DNA from: Octopus bimaculoides
Taxonomy: Eukaryota
DNA length: 64,000 nucleotides
Direction: 5' to 3'
NCBI RefSeq assembly: GCF_001194135.2
Contig: NC_068987.1
Location: forward strand, 23,780,248-23,844,247
The notes under the pieces are model-generated. The model was not told the origin of the DNA and did no database searches. It saw only the letters and a program-made list of their open reading frames with translations. This document shows positions 1 through 12,500 of the stretch, piece by piece. Both the position numbers and the translations under genes were made by a program. Position 1 is the stretch's first letter. Every line of letters starts with the position of its first letter.

Positions 1-1153
1 TCCATTTCGGCTGACTCCTTCCCCACTCTTCTGTACAGACATTCTCTAGCTTGTGATTACTCAGCGTAAAATTTACACTGTCATAATGTAGCTGCTGAGC
101 TGTAAACCTGCTGAGTACTCAATCCTCATCAATACTAACCCATCATGTTAGCTTGCTTCAGCCTCTCAATTCTTCTTGTTTTGATGTTTTTATTTATCCA
201 GAAGATTATGTGCTTGTCTCTACTCAATACTGCTGCAGCTGGGACTGTGATTGGTGACACTAGTGCAGCAGCTGGTGGTGATTCAAATATCAAGCAGACT
301 TCTGCCAATAAATTCTTGGGTCTAAAATCTTATTCTCCCAAGCTTTTCTCTGTAAAATTTGTTGTTTGTTTCTTTTTTCTTTTTTTTTAAATACTTTTGT
401 TTTCATAAATTTTTTATAGACTATTTAGCTGTTTATATGTTGCAAAATATACCATATCTGCTCAATCAATGGCGAACATGACTTTGCAACAGTGGTACAC
501 TCTAAACCTCACAGCTGTTGTGGACCTCAACATCTGGCAACGGTGACAAATTTCACAAGAGTCTTGGACTTCATTCACATCTGGTAACTGATGGTCTTAA
601 CATCTGACAGCAGTGGCAGACATCACAGATCAGTTACACTTTTGTGACAAACTTCATCCCAGTTGAAAACTGTCAATCCTTTTGCTAAAAGTTAGTGTGG
701 TTTGAAAATTTTGTTGAGTCAACTAGTTCTCTACACTTCAAGTACTTCCTTTGCTAGATTTACTAAGGTGTGTGTGTGCACATATATATATATATATATC
801 ATTGTTTTAATGTCCACTCTTCCATGCTTGTCTGGGTTGGAAGCCCATCTTGTTGCCAACTATTATAATATCAAGACAAGGATATACACACACAACTGGC
901 TTCCTTTAGTTTCTACATACCAAATCCACTCACAAGGTTTTGGTTGGCATGTGGCTATAGTAGAAGACAAGGTTTCACATAGTGGGACTGAACACAAAAC
1001 CAGGTGGATGGGAAATAAACTTTTAAACCACATAGCTATAATTGTGTGTGTTTGTGTCTATTTGTCTTGATTCTACATACCAAAAGAGGTATTTTCTAGT
1101 GAAAATTTCAATTCTGGAATTTAAATAGCTGTTGTGGTTCCTTAACTTCAGCA

Positions 1154-1400
1154 GGATGTTATAATCAAGAGTTATCAGCCAAGCATACTGATAAAACAAA
1201 TAGTACAAAATTAGCAAACCACATCCAGAAACTGATGGACAATAACATTGTTTACAGCAACAAATTGGAGGCATTTGAGAGATCAAAGCTGTAGAAGAAT
1301 GGAATAAAGAAATGCAGCCTCTGTTTAGCTGAGAGAATACATACCGTGCTAAAGACAAAGAACCACAACAGAAGGTTCTCTGCTGCCAACCTTCACCTGT
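1154..1400 (+). mobile_element. Penelope-like retroelement remnant (GIY-YIG endonuclease C-terminal part)
   Basis: Frame from 1154 reads HTDKTNSTKLANHIQKLMDNNIVYSNK...L*KNGIKKCSLCLAERIH, matching the Penelope pattern STELSKHIWKLKDNNI...KRCNLCLAEK. Contains an in-frame stop. Confidence 0.75.
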
Positions 1401-2175
1401 TTCCAATCTTCCAACCTGGTGAGCAACACAGCTCGCAACAAATTTGTGGGGAACTGGAAACAAAACAACACTGACTGAACCTTTTGTTTGCAGCATGTTA
1501 AGAATCCTCGATATGCTTTCATGTTGGACGGACTGCAAACAATGCTGTCTGTACAAGCTATGATGCATTTGTTTACAGCCACCAAACACATGAAGACAAT
1601 CGGAAATACGAACCCTTGTACTCAAACTGACATTCTTTTATACATATGCATGGATATAAAACCCAGGCCCTTCTGTTTGTGAGTCAAACATGCTAATTAA
1701 TCATTAGGGCATGGGCCTTGTATATGTGTGTTTTTATCGCTGCTTGACAATCTGTTGGTTTGCTTACATTACTATAATCTAATCGTTTGACGAGAAGAGG
1801 CCAATATATATATATATCAAGCTTAAAAAGAGTACAAGCTTCGATTGATCCATTCAAGGAGTGGTAACTGCATTGACCATGTCAAAGACGATAGTAAGAT
1901 CAACAAATAGAGTACTTGAAGTTAAAAATACACTTACGAAGTTGCCTAGAAGAGAAAATCATGTCCATTATGCTTTCATATCCAACTTGCAAGTAAGCAG
2001 AAGGTTAGTTCGTTTGCTCAGAGTCGCGTCCCTTAGTTTAGTAAATTAACAGATGTGCTGAATATCAGTTTAATTCAGAAATGGTATCCAATAAAGATTT
2101 CACATACACGAGATTTGGTGTGCCAAAGAAAATAAATTCTATCTTACATGATGGAGAGTGCTTTGAACTTGTAGG

Positions 2176-3044
2176 GGATCTTTTCCTTTTCATGAACAGC
2201 TCGATTAATTTCCTTTAACTAAATACTTTGGATACTGGTAGAATGTGTCATATAGAACGTCTTTTACTCTTAGCGTTGTTGAGAAAAGTTTCTATTTACA
2301 AAGTTATATTTTGGTAATTTCAACCAATCAATGATGTGTATTCAGCTGAATAAAATTACTGCTGTTGTTTGTCAACAACTATCGGCGGTGTACATTTCAT
2401 TTGTCACTGTTATTTATGACATCGTTCGTGTGTTTGTACTGGTTTTAGCTTTAGGGTTAGAGTTATTGAAAAATGAAGAAATTGGAGGGGTGGAGCAAAA
2501 AATTTCAAAATTCCAATTTTTGACAATTTTCTGGAATTTCCATATCCAAAAAGCTGTGTTTTTGGCAAAAAAAAATTTTAAAAAAACTAATTGCAAGAAA
2601 ATGGGGTGGGGGTGGGGGACAGGAGGAAGTCTTTCTGAAAATAGTTGCTGAAAAACGGGGAAAAAAAACCTAAAAGCAGAAGAAATGCACAAACGATTAT
2701 TGTGGTGTCATGAAGTAAACATGCTTCAGATACACTCATTTATTCATACGAATGTAACTGAGATGAAATATGTCATAAATAACAAACGAAATATACACCG
2801 CCGGAAGTTGTTGTTGACAAACAATAGCAGTAATTTTATTCGGCTGACGACACGTCATTGATTGGTTGAAATTACTGAAAAACAACAACTTTAACATGAT
2901 ATAACTTTGAAAATAGAAACTTTTCTCAACAATGCTAAGAGTAAAAGATATTCTATATGACACATTCTACCAGTATCCAAAGTTTCAAAGTGTTTAGTTA
3001 AAGAAAATTAAATAATCGAGCTGCCCATGAAAAGGAAAAGATCC
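2176..3044. mobile_element. fold-back / MITE-like element with about 250-280 bp inverted arms
   Basis: gatcttttccttttcatg...ggatactggtagaatgtgtcatatagaa at 2177 onward is mirrored by ttctatatgacacattctaccagtatcc...catgaaaaggaaaagatc ending at 3043. Spacer about 330 bp. Confidence 0.8.
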
Positions 3045-3994
3045 ACTCATATATATATATGTATATAGCTTCACACACTGTTCTTTTTGTCTTCCTATTT
3101 CAAGGTTATTTCCCTTATTTTTCTCTCATTGAGACTGGAGATCATTAATGTTCTATGAAAAGAATAGGATGGAAATACAAATTAATCTGTATTGCATGCA
3201 TCTACATCGTATAAGTGTGTGTTTATATATTATTTATGATGATTCAAATCCCACTGAGATCAACTTGGCATTTCATCCTTTCAAGATTGGGGTAATCTAT
3301 TATCCTCATCTAAATTTCCTGGCCTTGTGCCAAAATTTGAAACCATTATTATAATTGATACTACATTATAGTTTCATAACAGCTTGTACCATACTTTCGA
3401 TATGAGACTCAAATCTGGCTACCATAAAAATCCTATATTTTCATAATTAAATATTATTAGGAATTGTATAAAAAAGTTTTTAATATTTTGTGTATTGTAG
3501 AAGTATAACCAATTTATTGCACATAATTTTTAAAGCCAAGATTTTATACGGAGCCCCAAGGGCCATGTGAAACCCAGTTGAGAACCACTGTTACAGAAAA
3601 TCAGTAGAAAATATCTATCCACAGCACTGCTTAAGCATGCCTGCTATATAATTTGAGCTTGGCAGATGCTAGCATGATGGTAGATAATTTCTACTAGCTT
3701 TCAGTAAGGAAGCTATGGCTTCCAAAGTCATTTGAAGATTATCCCATTTGGTATTCATTCCCAGCAACAGCAAAGGAATTTGACATGCATTCATCAGTCC
3801 ACAAAGGATGATCTGAAACGATGGTTTTCATTGCTTATTGTCTAAAGTGAGAATTTCCTTCACAACGAAGCATAATAAAAACGGCCTTTTTACTGGTCAA
3901 ATATGCCCCAGACATATTTGAACTGATACAAAATTTGTTTATTCAACACTATTTCACGTGCCTATTATATATCTCATTCTCTCTCATTATATAT

Positions 3995-4560
3995 ATCATC
4001 ATCGTTTAACATCTGCTTTCCATGCTAGCATGGGTTGGACGATTTGACTGAGGACTGGCAAGCCAGAAGGCTGCACCAGGCTCCAATCTGATCTGGCAGA
4101 GTTTCTACAGCTGGATGCCCTTCCTAACACCAACCACTCTGAGTGTAGTGGGTGCTTTTACATGCCACTGGCACGAGGGCCAGTTACACAGTACTGGCAA
4201 TGGCCACGCTCAAAATGGTGTTTTTTACGTGCCACCTGCATGGGAACCAGTCCAGCGGCACTGGCAACGACTTCACTCGAATGATTTTCTAACGTGCTAC
4301 CAGCACAAGTACCAGAAGGCGACGCTGGTAACAATCACGTTCAAATGGTATTATTTATGGGCCACTAGCACTGAAGCCAGACAGCTGCTCTGGCAATGAA
4401 CACGCTGGGACAGTGCTGTTAGTGCTCCACTGGCGCAGGTGCCAGTCATCGAATATGGTTCAATTACGATTTCAATTTCATGGGTGCCAGTCGTCGGATA
4501 TGGTTTGATTTCGATTTCAGATTTCAAATTCACTTGCCTCAATAGGTCTTCGCAAGCAGA
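3995..4560 (-). mobile_element. SINE family A ((GAT)n tail), long copy
   Basis: catcatcgtttaacatctgctttccatgctagcatgggttggacg...ggatgcccttcctaac core, repeated many times in the window. Confidence 0.85.
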
Positions 4561-6399
4561 GTTATATATATATATACACACACACATACACACATCAACA
4601 TGTATATATCTGTGTTTTCCACTTACCATCACTTGACAACCAATGTTGGCTTGTTTATGTCCCTATAACTTAGGAGTTCAACAATAGAGATCAATAGAAC
4701 AAGTACCAGGGTTAAAAATAAGTATTGAGAACAATTTGTTAAACTAAACTCTTCAAGGAAGTACCTAGGCATGGCCATAGTTCAATGACTGAAACAAGTA
4801 AAGCTATTTACATGTGTGTTTGTGTGTAATTATGTTCATCTATGTGTATATATATATGCATATATACACACACACACATATGTATATGCTTTGAGTAAAT
4901 GCTCAGGGTATTAAAAGAAATTGCTAATGAAACACCTAATCATTGACACTGCATTTGACAAGAACAAATATATATATATAATAACAACAGTATATAACAA
5001 GAGCCTAGTTCTGATGAATTCCTTGTGTGCTGAATTTAGTAAATGGAAGCTACGAAAGTCATTTAAAAAACAATTCTTGTAAAACTTGTTTCCTTTTCTA
5101 CAGAAGTTTGCTGAGATGGAAATTGAATTATGGTTAGAGGTCACTAATACTATTTATTTAATGCCCATTTTTCTATGCTATCATAGGTTGGGCAGGACTA
5201 TTCAATGTAGAATTTTATGGCTGGACATCCTTCCAACTCTTGCCGCCTTTTCAAATAAGTGGGGGTGGTTTTTTGTCCATTTTTTTTTGTTTTTAATTTT
5301 AGAAATCTTTGGCAGTGCAGCACAACTGACAGTATTGTTAACATGGAATATAAACATCATCTCATTTCACTCACATTGTGACAAGCAAAGCCATGGAATG
5401 TAAACATCTGTGAACATATGCACACATCAAATGCATTCACACTCTGCTCTTCCACCAACCTCTTCAGTACCCACTAGTGTCTCCTGGCCCCTCCTCATCT
5501 GCCAACTTTTCTCTCCTCCACAGCCTCTCAGCCTTCCCAGCACCCTTTCTCATCTTTCTTCCCTCTGACCTAACTCCACATTTCTTTCTTTTAATGATTC
5601 TCAGTATTCCTCTCCAACCGAGTCCATTGCACCTTTTCATCACACTTTCTGTTCATACTTCCTCCTTATAATGTTAGATAGCCCAAGACCTCAAACCCAC
5701 ATATCAGTACTCATCTGTCCCTCTCTTTTTCTCAATAACTTGTTACTAATCCTTTCCCTCTCTCCTAGTCTCTGCCATACCTCCCCATCCTCTTCTCTTA
5801 CTTATCACTGCTCATCACTCAAAGTCAGATCAGTCCTTCCTATTCCTCTGTTCCATTTCAGTTATGGGAGCCACTTTCATGTAAGTTACATCACAATTGT
5901 CACTGGTGCCAGTGCCATGAAAAAAGTACCCAGTACAATGTGTAAAGTAGTCGACATTAGAAAGTGTATCTAGCTATTAGAAACCACACCAGACTAGATA
6001 CTGGAGCATTACATAGTCCTCCATTTGCCTCATTCATGCAAGTGCGGAAGGCAGATGTTAAATTATGATAATGTGGATGTGTGTATACATATGAGGTGTC
6101 TGTGAATGTTTGCAATATATGCTGAGCTATGGCTACAAACATTGACATCAGCATTTGTGACATCTGCTGACAGTGTTTCTATCAACATATTGTCCACAAA
6201 CTCTGCCTTTTCATATTCTGCTGACATACAAAAAATTGTAAAAATTGTGAAAAAAAGTGCCTTACTTGATAAAGGGTTGGCAATATGATGGCTGTAAAAA
6301 AATCCAGTTCAACAAATTCCGTCTAAATCCATGCAAACATAGAAAAGTTGACTCTAAAATGGTGAAGGTATATAGAGGAAGAAAGCATAGAAAAGTTTA

Positions 6400-9300
6400 T
6401 TGAAAAAATGACAATTTTTTTTTATAGCAATATTTTATTATAACTTAGAAAAAAAAAATATTGAAAGAAAAAAAAAGAGGAACATACTGTCACTTGTTTA
6501 TTTTTTGTTTGTTTTCGTTTTGTAGGTTTTTTTTTTTACCTCTTGAAAGAATTGAGGTTAATGGTATGGTAGGTACAGAGTAGTTAATATGATACCACAC
6601 AGTTTTTGTTGTGTCTATTATTACTCTCCCCACCACACACATACACACACACACTAATTGTCAAAATACATTGATTGATTGATTGGATTTGATTGATTAA
6701 GGCTAAAAAAAATCACATCCAAGCATTGTCTTCCAACCCTGGTGGCAATCACCAGTGTCTGCTGAAGACAAGCTTTCTTGGCTTTTGATTTTTCTTTCCG
6801 AGACAACAGCCACATTGGAATCTCACAAAATCTAAGACATATTGAAGAAAATAGTAGAAAAGAAATATTTCCTATCTGATGATGAACCATTTTTTTTTTT
6901 TAATTATATATATATTACATACTTATTTTGTTATGTTAATTACAAAAATTGCTCATAAGTTCCCTCAAAATGTTTAAGTCATCTGCTCAACAGTACGAGA
7001 GGGCAGGTCATAATACAGGCTTCTTGGTCTGTTTCCCACTATTGTTGTGGTGGCCCTCCAGCCCTACCACTTAGTTGTCTTCATTGTTATCAAAGTTGAC
7101 ACATAGGAGCCCTCACTTTCAGTCAGTTAACATTTCGTACAAATATTCCATTAAAGCTAGGAGCTTAAAGATTTCCTTTCCTTCACCAAAATGACAAAAT
7201 ACAGCAGTAACGTTAAATTAAATTAGTTTTTCTCTCCCCACCACCCGTCTATAAAAATTGGGTTCCAATTTTAAAGGCAATACAATGAAATTATGACTAG
7301 AAAGAGAGAAGGGGATAGGAGAAATAAGTTACAAATGTTACTGTTTCTGCAAAGAGAAAACAATAAATAGGGGGGTAACTGTGGTGCTGACCACAATCTA
7401 TTTCTAGCATTATTCTCTTCCTAAGTTCTAGTTATGATTTGAACTCCTGACCAGAATGCCAAAAATAAAAAATCAAACCTCACAACAGCTACAGCATTGT
7501 GTTCCTAGATTAAGGCAAACCATTTATTTTCAGCCTGACTGTTTGGCAAGAAGTTTGAGTGTTTACATATACAAAAGGCATTCGGTAGAAAAGAGATTTG
7601 CTCTAATAACAGTTTACTTTTAGTTTGTTGGCCACAAGTAAGGCCATGCTGGAGCATTGCCTTTCAAGGTTAAAATATTTAAAAATAAACAAAACATTTC
7701 CACTAACAAGGATAAACAATTGTAAAAACCGACAAAAAAGAGGAAGAAAAAAAAAGCTCTAAAACTTTGCTTGCTTCCTATGTGTGTTTCAGAGATGAGA
7801 TACTTGTCAAGATTATATTGTTGCTCAACCACATACGATTAAATAATTGAAAAATAGTTTCAGTTAAAATAATCTCTTAAATTGAAAAGAAAAAGCAAAA
7901 AAATAACTTTTGAATTTTTTTCTTTCACCATTGCAGTAAAATATAAAGATTTGAAAGTCAGATGAAGATGTTGATTGTTATTCCATGAAGAGCATTTGAT
8001 GTAAATAAACTGATAGGTGGAAGTTAAGGAAGACATGTTAGACCTAAACAAGGTCAGTCAACTGACTTTTACACCCTACATACCACAGACAGACATACAT
8101 CTGACACTCAGTGACTGCTACTTCACAATTTTAAATGTCAATGTGACCAACATGTGCCAGATGCAAGTTTATAACTGAACAGACATTAAATTTTCCACCA
8201 CCAAGATTTTAATTATCTAACATCTGTAATGATAATGGCATGTCTGTCAGTAGTATTAGTGTCATGTTTGTTACTAATGTAGCAATGGAGTGTCCAACCA
8301 GTTAGTGTAGCAGTGGAGTGCCAACCACCCAGTCACACTGGCTTTGTCCTATCATTCTATCTTAAAAGTGTGAACATTGTTAAATGAAGAATTGACCATA
8401 CTAATCATTAAATCACAGACACACACAAGTGACCACACTGAAATGTTAAGAAAATATCCAGAAAATCTATTTTAGGTCAAGTGGGGACACCAAGGCTGGT
8501 TGGGTTCAAACAGTGAAGCCATGCACTGAGTTTGGGGTGGATTGGGATGGCAGGCTTTAAGAGCAACCATAGTAAATTACAGCAAATTAGTTGTGTAACA
8601 GAAAATTAGTACATGTATGGACACTTGTTATTGTTTAGAATATGTCTGCTATTGTCAAATATTGAGAAGTTAATCTGTTACAGATAGAATATGTATACAA
8701 TGGAAATAATATAATTCAGTAGGTACTTACAGGAGAAATAGATATCTGAGGGTCACTACTAGAGAAAAAGTGGCATTCACAATACAACAGTGTTCTGTAA
8801 TGCAGGCAATAAATTGTAGACAAATTAACTGTCTTTCATACTACTCTGTGTGTGTGTGTGTGTGTGCACGCACATATATATATATATATATATATACATA
8901 CACATGCATACATGTGCAATTTTTGCATGTAAACCAGCAGCTCATCTGAGCTATACATGTAAGTGGAGATGTGTTGATTCTTAACTATGAGCAGGACAGC
9001 CTGAAAAGCTAAGAAAATGGACAAAGTATCATTGAAAGAGAGAATGAAATAAACTGATTGAGTGAATGATCCGACTGAAACCAGTTTTGATGTTTAGATG
9101 TGTCAGAGTTAACCACAAGCTGCTAGTGTACCTCTCACAGCCTTTCCTAACATCCAATCCATTCTACAAACAGTAGCAGGGGTTAGTCTTACACAGGATC
9201 ATCTAACCAGTTTGATTATAAATGTACCACTTTACACAAGACCTGTAAGACAGGAGTAATAGAAAGGGTCCAAGTGCTGGTGGTGAGAATAACTGTGGTG

Positions 9301-9458
9301 GCAGTGTCACTTCATTATGAGAAAACACTCTTTGTGAATAAAGTGAGAGGAATACTCAGAGTGTAATACTCCAAGCTTAATATGTGTGTGTGTGTATATG
9401 TGATTGTGTATGTTACATGAGCTTTTATTTTGCACAGTGACTGTAACTGAATAATCCA
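6400..9458 (-). other. probable long SLAIN 3' UTR
   Basis: About 3 kb directly downstream of the stop with no recognisable SINE or MITE, and U-rich tracts on the transcribed strand. Extent inferred. Confidence 0.35.
9424..9429 (-). promoter_or_regulatory. candidate proximal polyadenylation signal AATAAA
   Basis: TTTATT on the plus strand about 30 nt downstream of the SLAIN stop. The hexamer is common in AT-rich DNA. Confidence 0.3.
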
Positions 9459-9552
9459 TTAGAAACATCCCTCTTTCCAGCTGTCATCATACCCTGGAGA
9501 TGTTATTGCAGAAGTTGGTGGCTTTTCTTGAGGTTTAAATGGAATTCCAGAT
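9459..9552 (-). CDS. SLAIN2: SLAIN terminal coding exon: [31 protein letters not shown]-stop
   Basis: tttttgcctag| acceptor, TAA at 9461-9459. SGIP motif plus the conserved DDSWK(D/E)GC(Y/F) C-terminus. Confidence 0.96.
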
Positions 9553-12500
9553 CTAGGCAAAAACAAAGTAAGAAAAAAATATTTTTTTTTTTAAATGATC
9601 AGAATGAAGAGAATCAAAGTTAAAGGAATCCAGTAGTCATAGAGACTTACTGAAGTAGGTGAAAGCATATTTAATCACTGGACCATATTTCTAATGAAAT
9701 ACACTGTTTGAATTAATTTTCAAAATAATTAAGAATTTGGAGCAATTTAATAAAATAACTGAGTCTTATTTGAAACATAATTAAGGTCTTGTTTGGAACA
9801 TAACATCACTGAATGCTTTTAAATGAAATTATAATGAGAAGTTTAAATTTAAATATGAACATTTTAAAATTAGAGGCTTTGCATCATTAAACCAAATACT
9901 CTGTATAATCAAACCACAGTCATTGATTAAAGCAGATAATTTGTATAATTAAATCAAATTTTGTGTCATTCAAGCAGAGGTGTTGATTAATTAAAGTAGA
10001 AATTTTGTATAATTAAACAAGAGACATTGTATAATTAAACTAGAAACTTTTTGTTATTAAATCAGAGCTGATCTGAGGCAGGTTGGTATCAAAAAGTATA
10101 AACAGCAGAAGTACAATAAAACATGTAGTGACAAACACAATATTAAGTAATAAAAAGATTTTCCCCATTTTCCACAAAAGACAACTCCAAACATGTTTGA
10201 GCCTTATTAGGTATCCTCTGTTGAAGCATAACCTCACAGTAACTTGCTCAAGTATTATTTTGCTTAGTGAGTTGAGAACAATCACTAAGTAAATAAATAT
10301 ATAAAGACAAATTGGAGTTAGGTATCCAGGACAAATTTGCCTAACAGAAGAAATGTTGCTAGAAGTAATGTATGTATGCAGAAAGATATTTCAAATGATC
10401 TATCGACAATCTGGTCATATCAGGCATAGCTAGAGATAATCTTGTTACAGTATTCTATCAGAATGTTTATATCTAAGTAAAGAGCCACTTCCATAAAGCA
10501 AGGTCTAGGGATTTGTACTCATAACTTCCTCTACTGGACTTTGAAACAGATGTTTAACGAAATGTTCTCATCTTAAGACATTACAGGTCTGGAAACACAA
10601 AACAGAAATAAACTAAAGCTCATAAACCAGCAAAGTTATATGTCTATGTACTTGCTTTAATCCTTTTGTTATTATTTTTTTGTTGAAATATACTGCTTTT
10701 GGTTCAATTAAATTTTTAAATAATACAGAACTTAGTAAAATAATTTTGTCATTATAAAGCTAGTGTTTCGAACATAAATTAACAATGAATTTTGATGGGC
10801 AGTCTTAATTGAGATAATTTTGAAACAAGAAAGTTGAATTGTAGAACCAGTTGCAGTCTCCAGCAGATTGATATCGGAAGGGTTAAATATGTGCATGGAG
10901 GCATGGATGTAGAACAGCTAAATGGTTACCATAGCTATCAATATCCAAAACTTGTGCACTTTTAAACCAGTCACATAACTGTTTCTGTCACTCTACTTAA
11001 ACAAAATAGATGCCATTCAGAATAATGAACAACCTTCTAAATAGTCACCAGTATCAAGAAACAAGATTCCACCAGATGACTATACTAGCCAATTTGGGGA
11101 CCACAACATGGTCATTGAAGTTACTAGAAATAGCAGGCAAGTGCTGTTCATATCGTTTTAAAAGAAGCAAGGACACACTAGACAATCTAGTCACAAATAC
11201 ATCTGAAAAAACTGCATGTCCTGGCCTGAACACCTATAATCAGGGCAGATCTGGGTTAAACAGAATAATTAAGGGTCAGACCAATATGGGCAAACTGCAG
11301 GTCACATGTGGTTTGTAAGACTTTCTGAATGGTATGCCTAACAAAAAATCACCTTGAATTTTTGTTTAGCTGTATTGCTCAACTGATGATGAGCCATGCC
11401 TTATGTGGCTGGCTTCTTGGAAAAGGTTTCCCATGACTGGGTTAGACTTTACACTGTAAAATCATCTGTTCCAAAATTTCAGGTAAAGATATCTAAAACT
11501 CTGTTGTATCCTTAGTTGTGAATGTATGTTTGTGAAATACACAGACTATTCTGGTAAGGGTTAGATATAATGGAAAGCAAGACGAAAAATAACACACCTT
11601 CTGGGAGCTGGTAAACTAGAGCGTGGTGCAGAAGATGGCCTTGGTATTGATCTACGAGCAGACATAGATCCTGGTTGTGGAAGATTACTTCTGATAGGTG
11701 AAGATCCTCTACGAACATTGTTTGGTTGTTTCAGGTTACTAACTAATGGTGAGGTTGGTCGACCTGGTTGCTGTAGGCGTGATGGTTGTCGTGTCGCTGA
11801 TTCTGGTGTGCCCCCTGCCACATACAGCATTTCATCACTGCAGGCATCAAGACTAGAGTCACTGGAGTATATAGGGGGTGGTGGCGTTACTAACTTATAC
11901 ATGTTAGACATCCCTCTACGTCCTTCATCTGTTCAACGGGAAAGAGAACATATAAATTTACTGTTGTTTGTTTCAGAGGAAAAATAAAAAAGAGAATTCA
12001 AAATATAAAATGGATCATGGTTAGACAAATGAAGAGAAGGTGAGAGGAAAGACAAAGAATAAACAGTCATAGATAATGTCGGGGATGCTAAAGGATTATA
12101 ACGCATTCAAAACTGTACAGTAGCATTTAAACACACACAAAGAGTGTGCACAAGAAAAAGAAGAACAACATACCTTGTGGATGGTGGTTAATACAGTTTA
12201 TTTGGTTTTGGCTACTAAATGGACTGTCAGGAGGACTGTTGGACTCAGAGCCACCATTTGATGCCATGCTGTGACTGTTGCGCCGGGAAGATGACATACT
12301 TTCTGGTAATGAAATAGCAGTAAATAAAGATATATAATATATACATACACACACACACACACACTGTGATATTACTCGTGCATATATGTGTCTGTGCATG
12401 TAAATCAATTTGGAAAGGGATGAGTTTAAATGAGACTAGTCACCAGAATGGTCATGGCGGAGTAGACTTCAACGATATACCTGATTCCATCAATCCCTAA

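Noticed and set aside
145-390. Possible plus-strand exon (ttatccag|...TAAAGTVIGDTSAAAGGDSN)
   Set aside because: No partner exons, weak donor and no homology I can recognise; left uncalled.
1023-1625. 200-aa minus-strand ORF, the longest gap-free ORF in the track
   Set aside because: It is largely the antisense of a decayed Penelope endonuclease fragment, with no recognisable motif or supported splice context.
2445-2462. Telomere-like TTAGGGTTAG
   Set aside because: Fewer than two units inside a fold-back spacer; not an interstitial telomeric array.
8725-8765. Splice-like signals downstream of the SLAIN stop
   Set aside because: The conserved C-terminus is already complete at 9459, and this segment opens with a stop or has no coding value.
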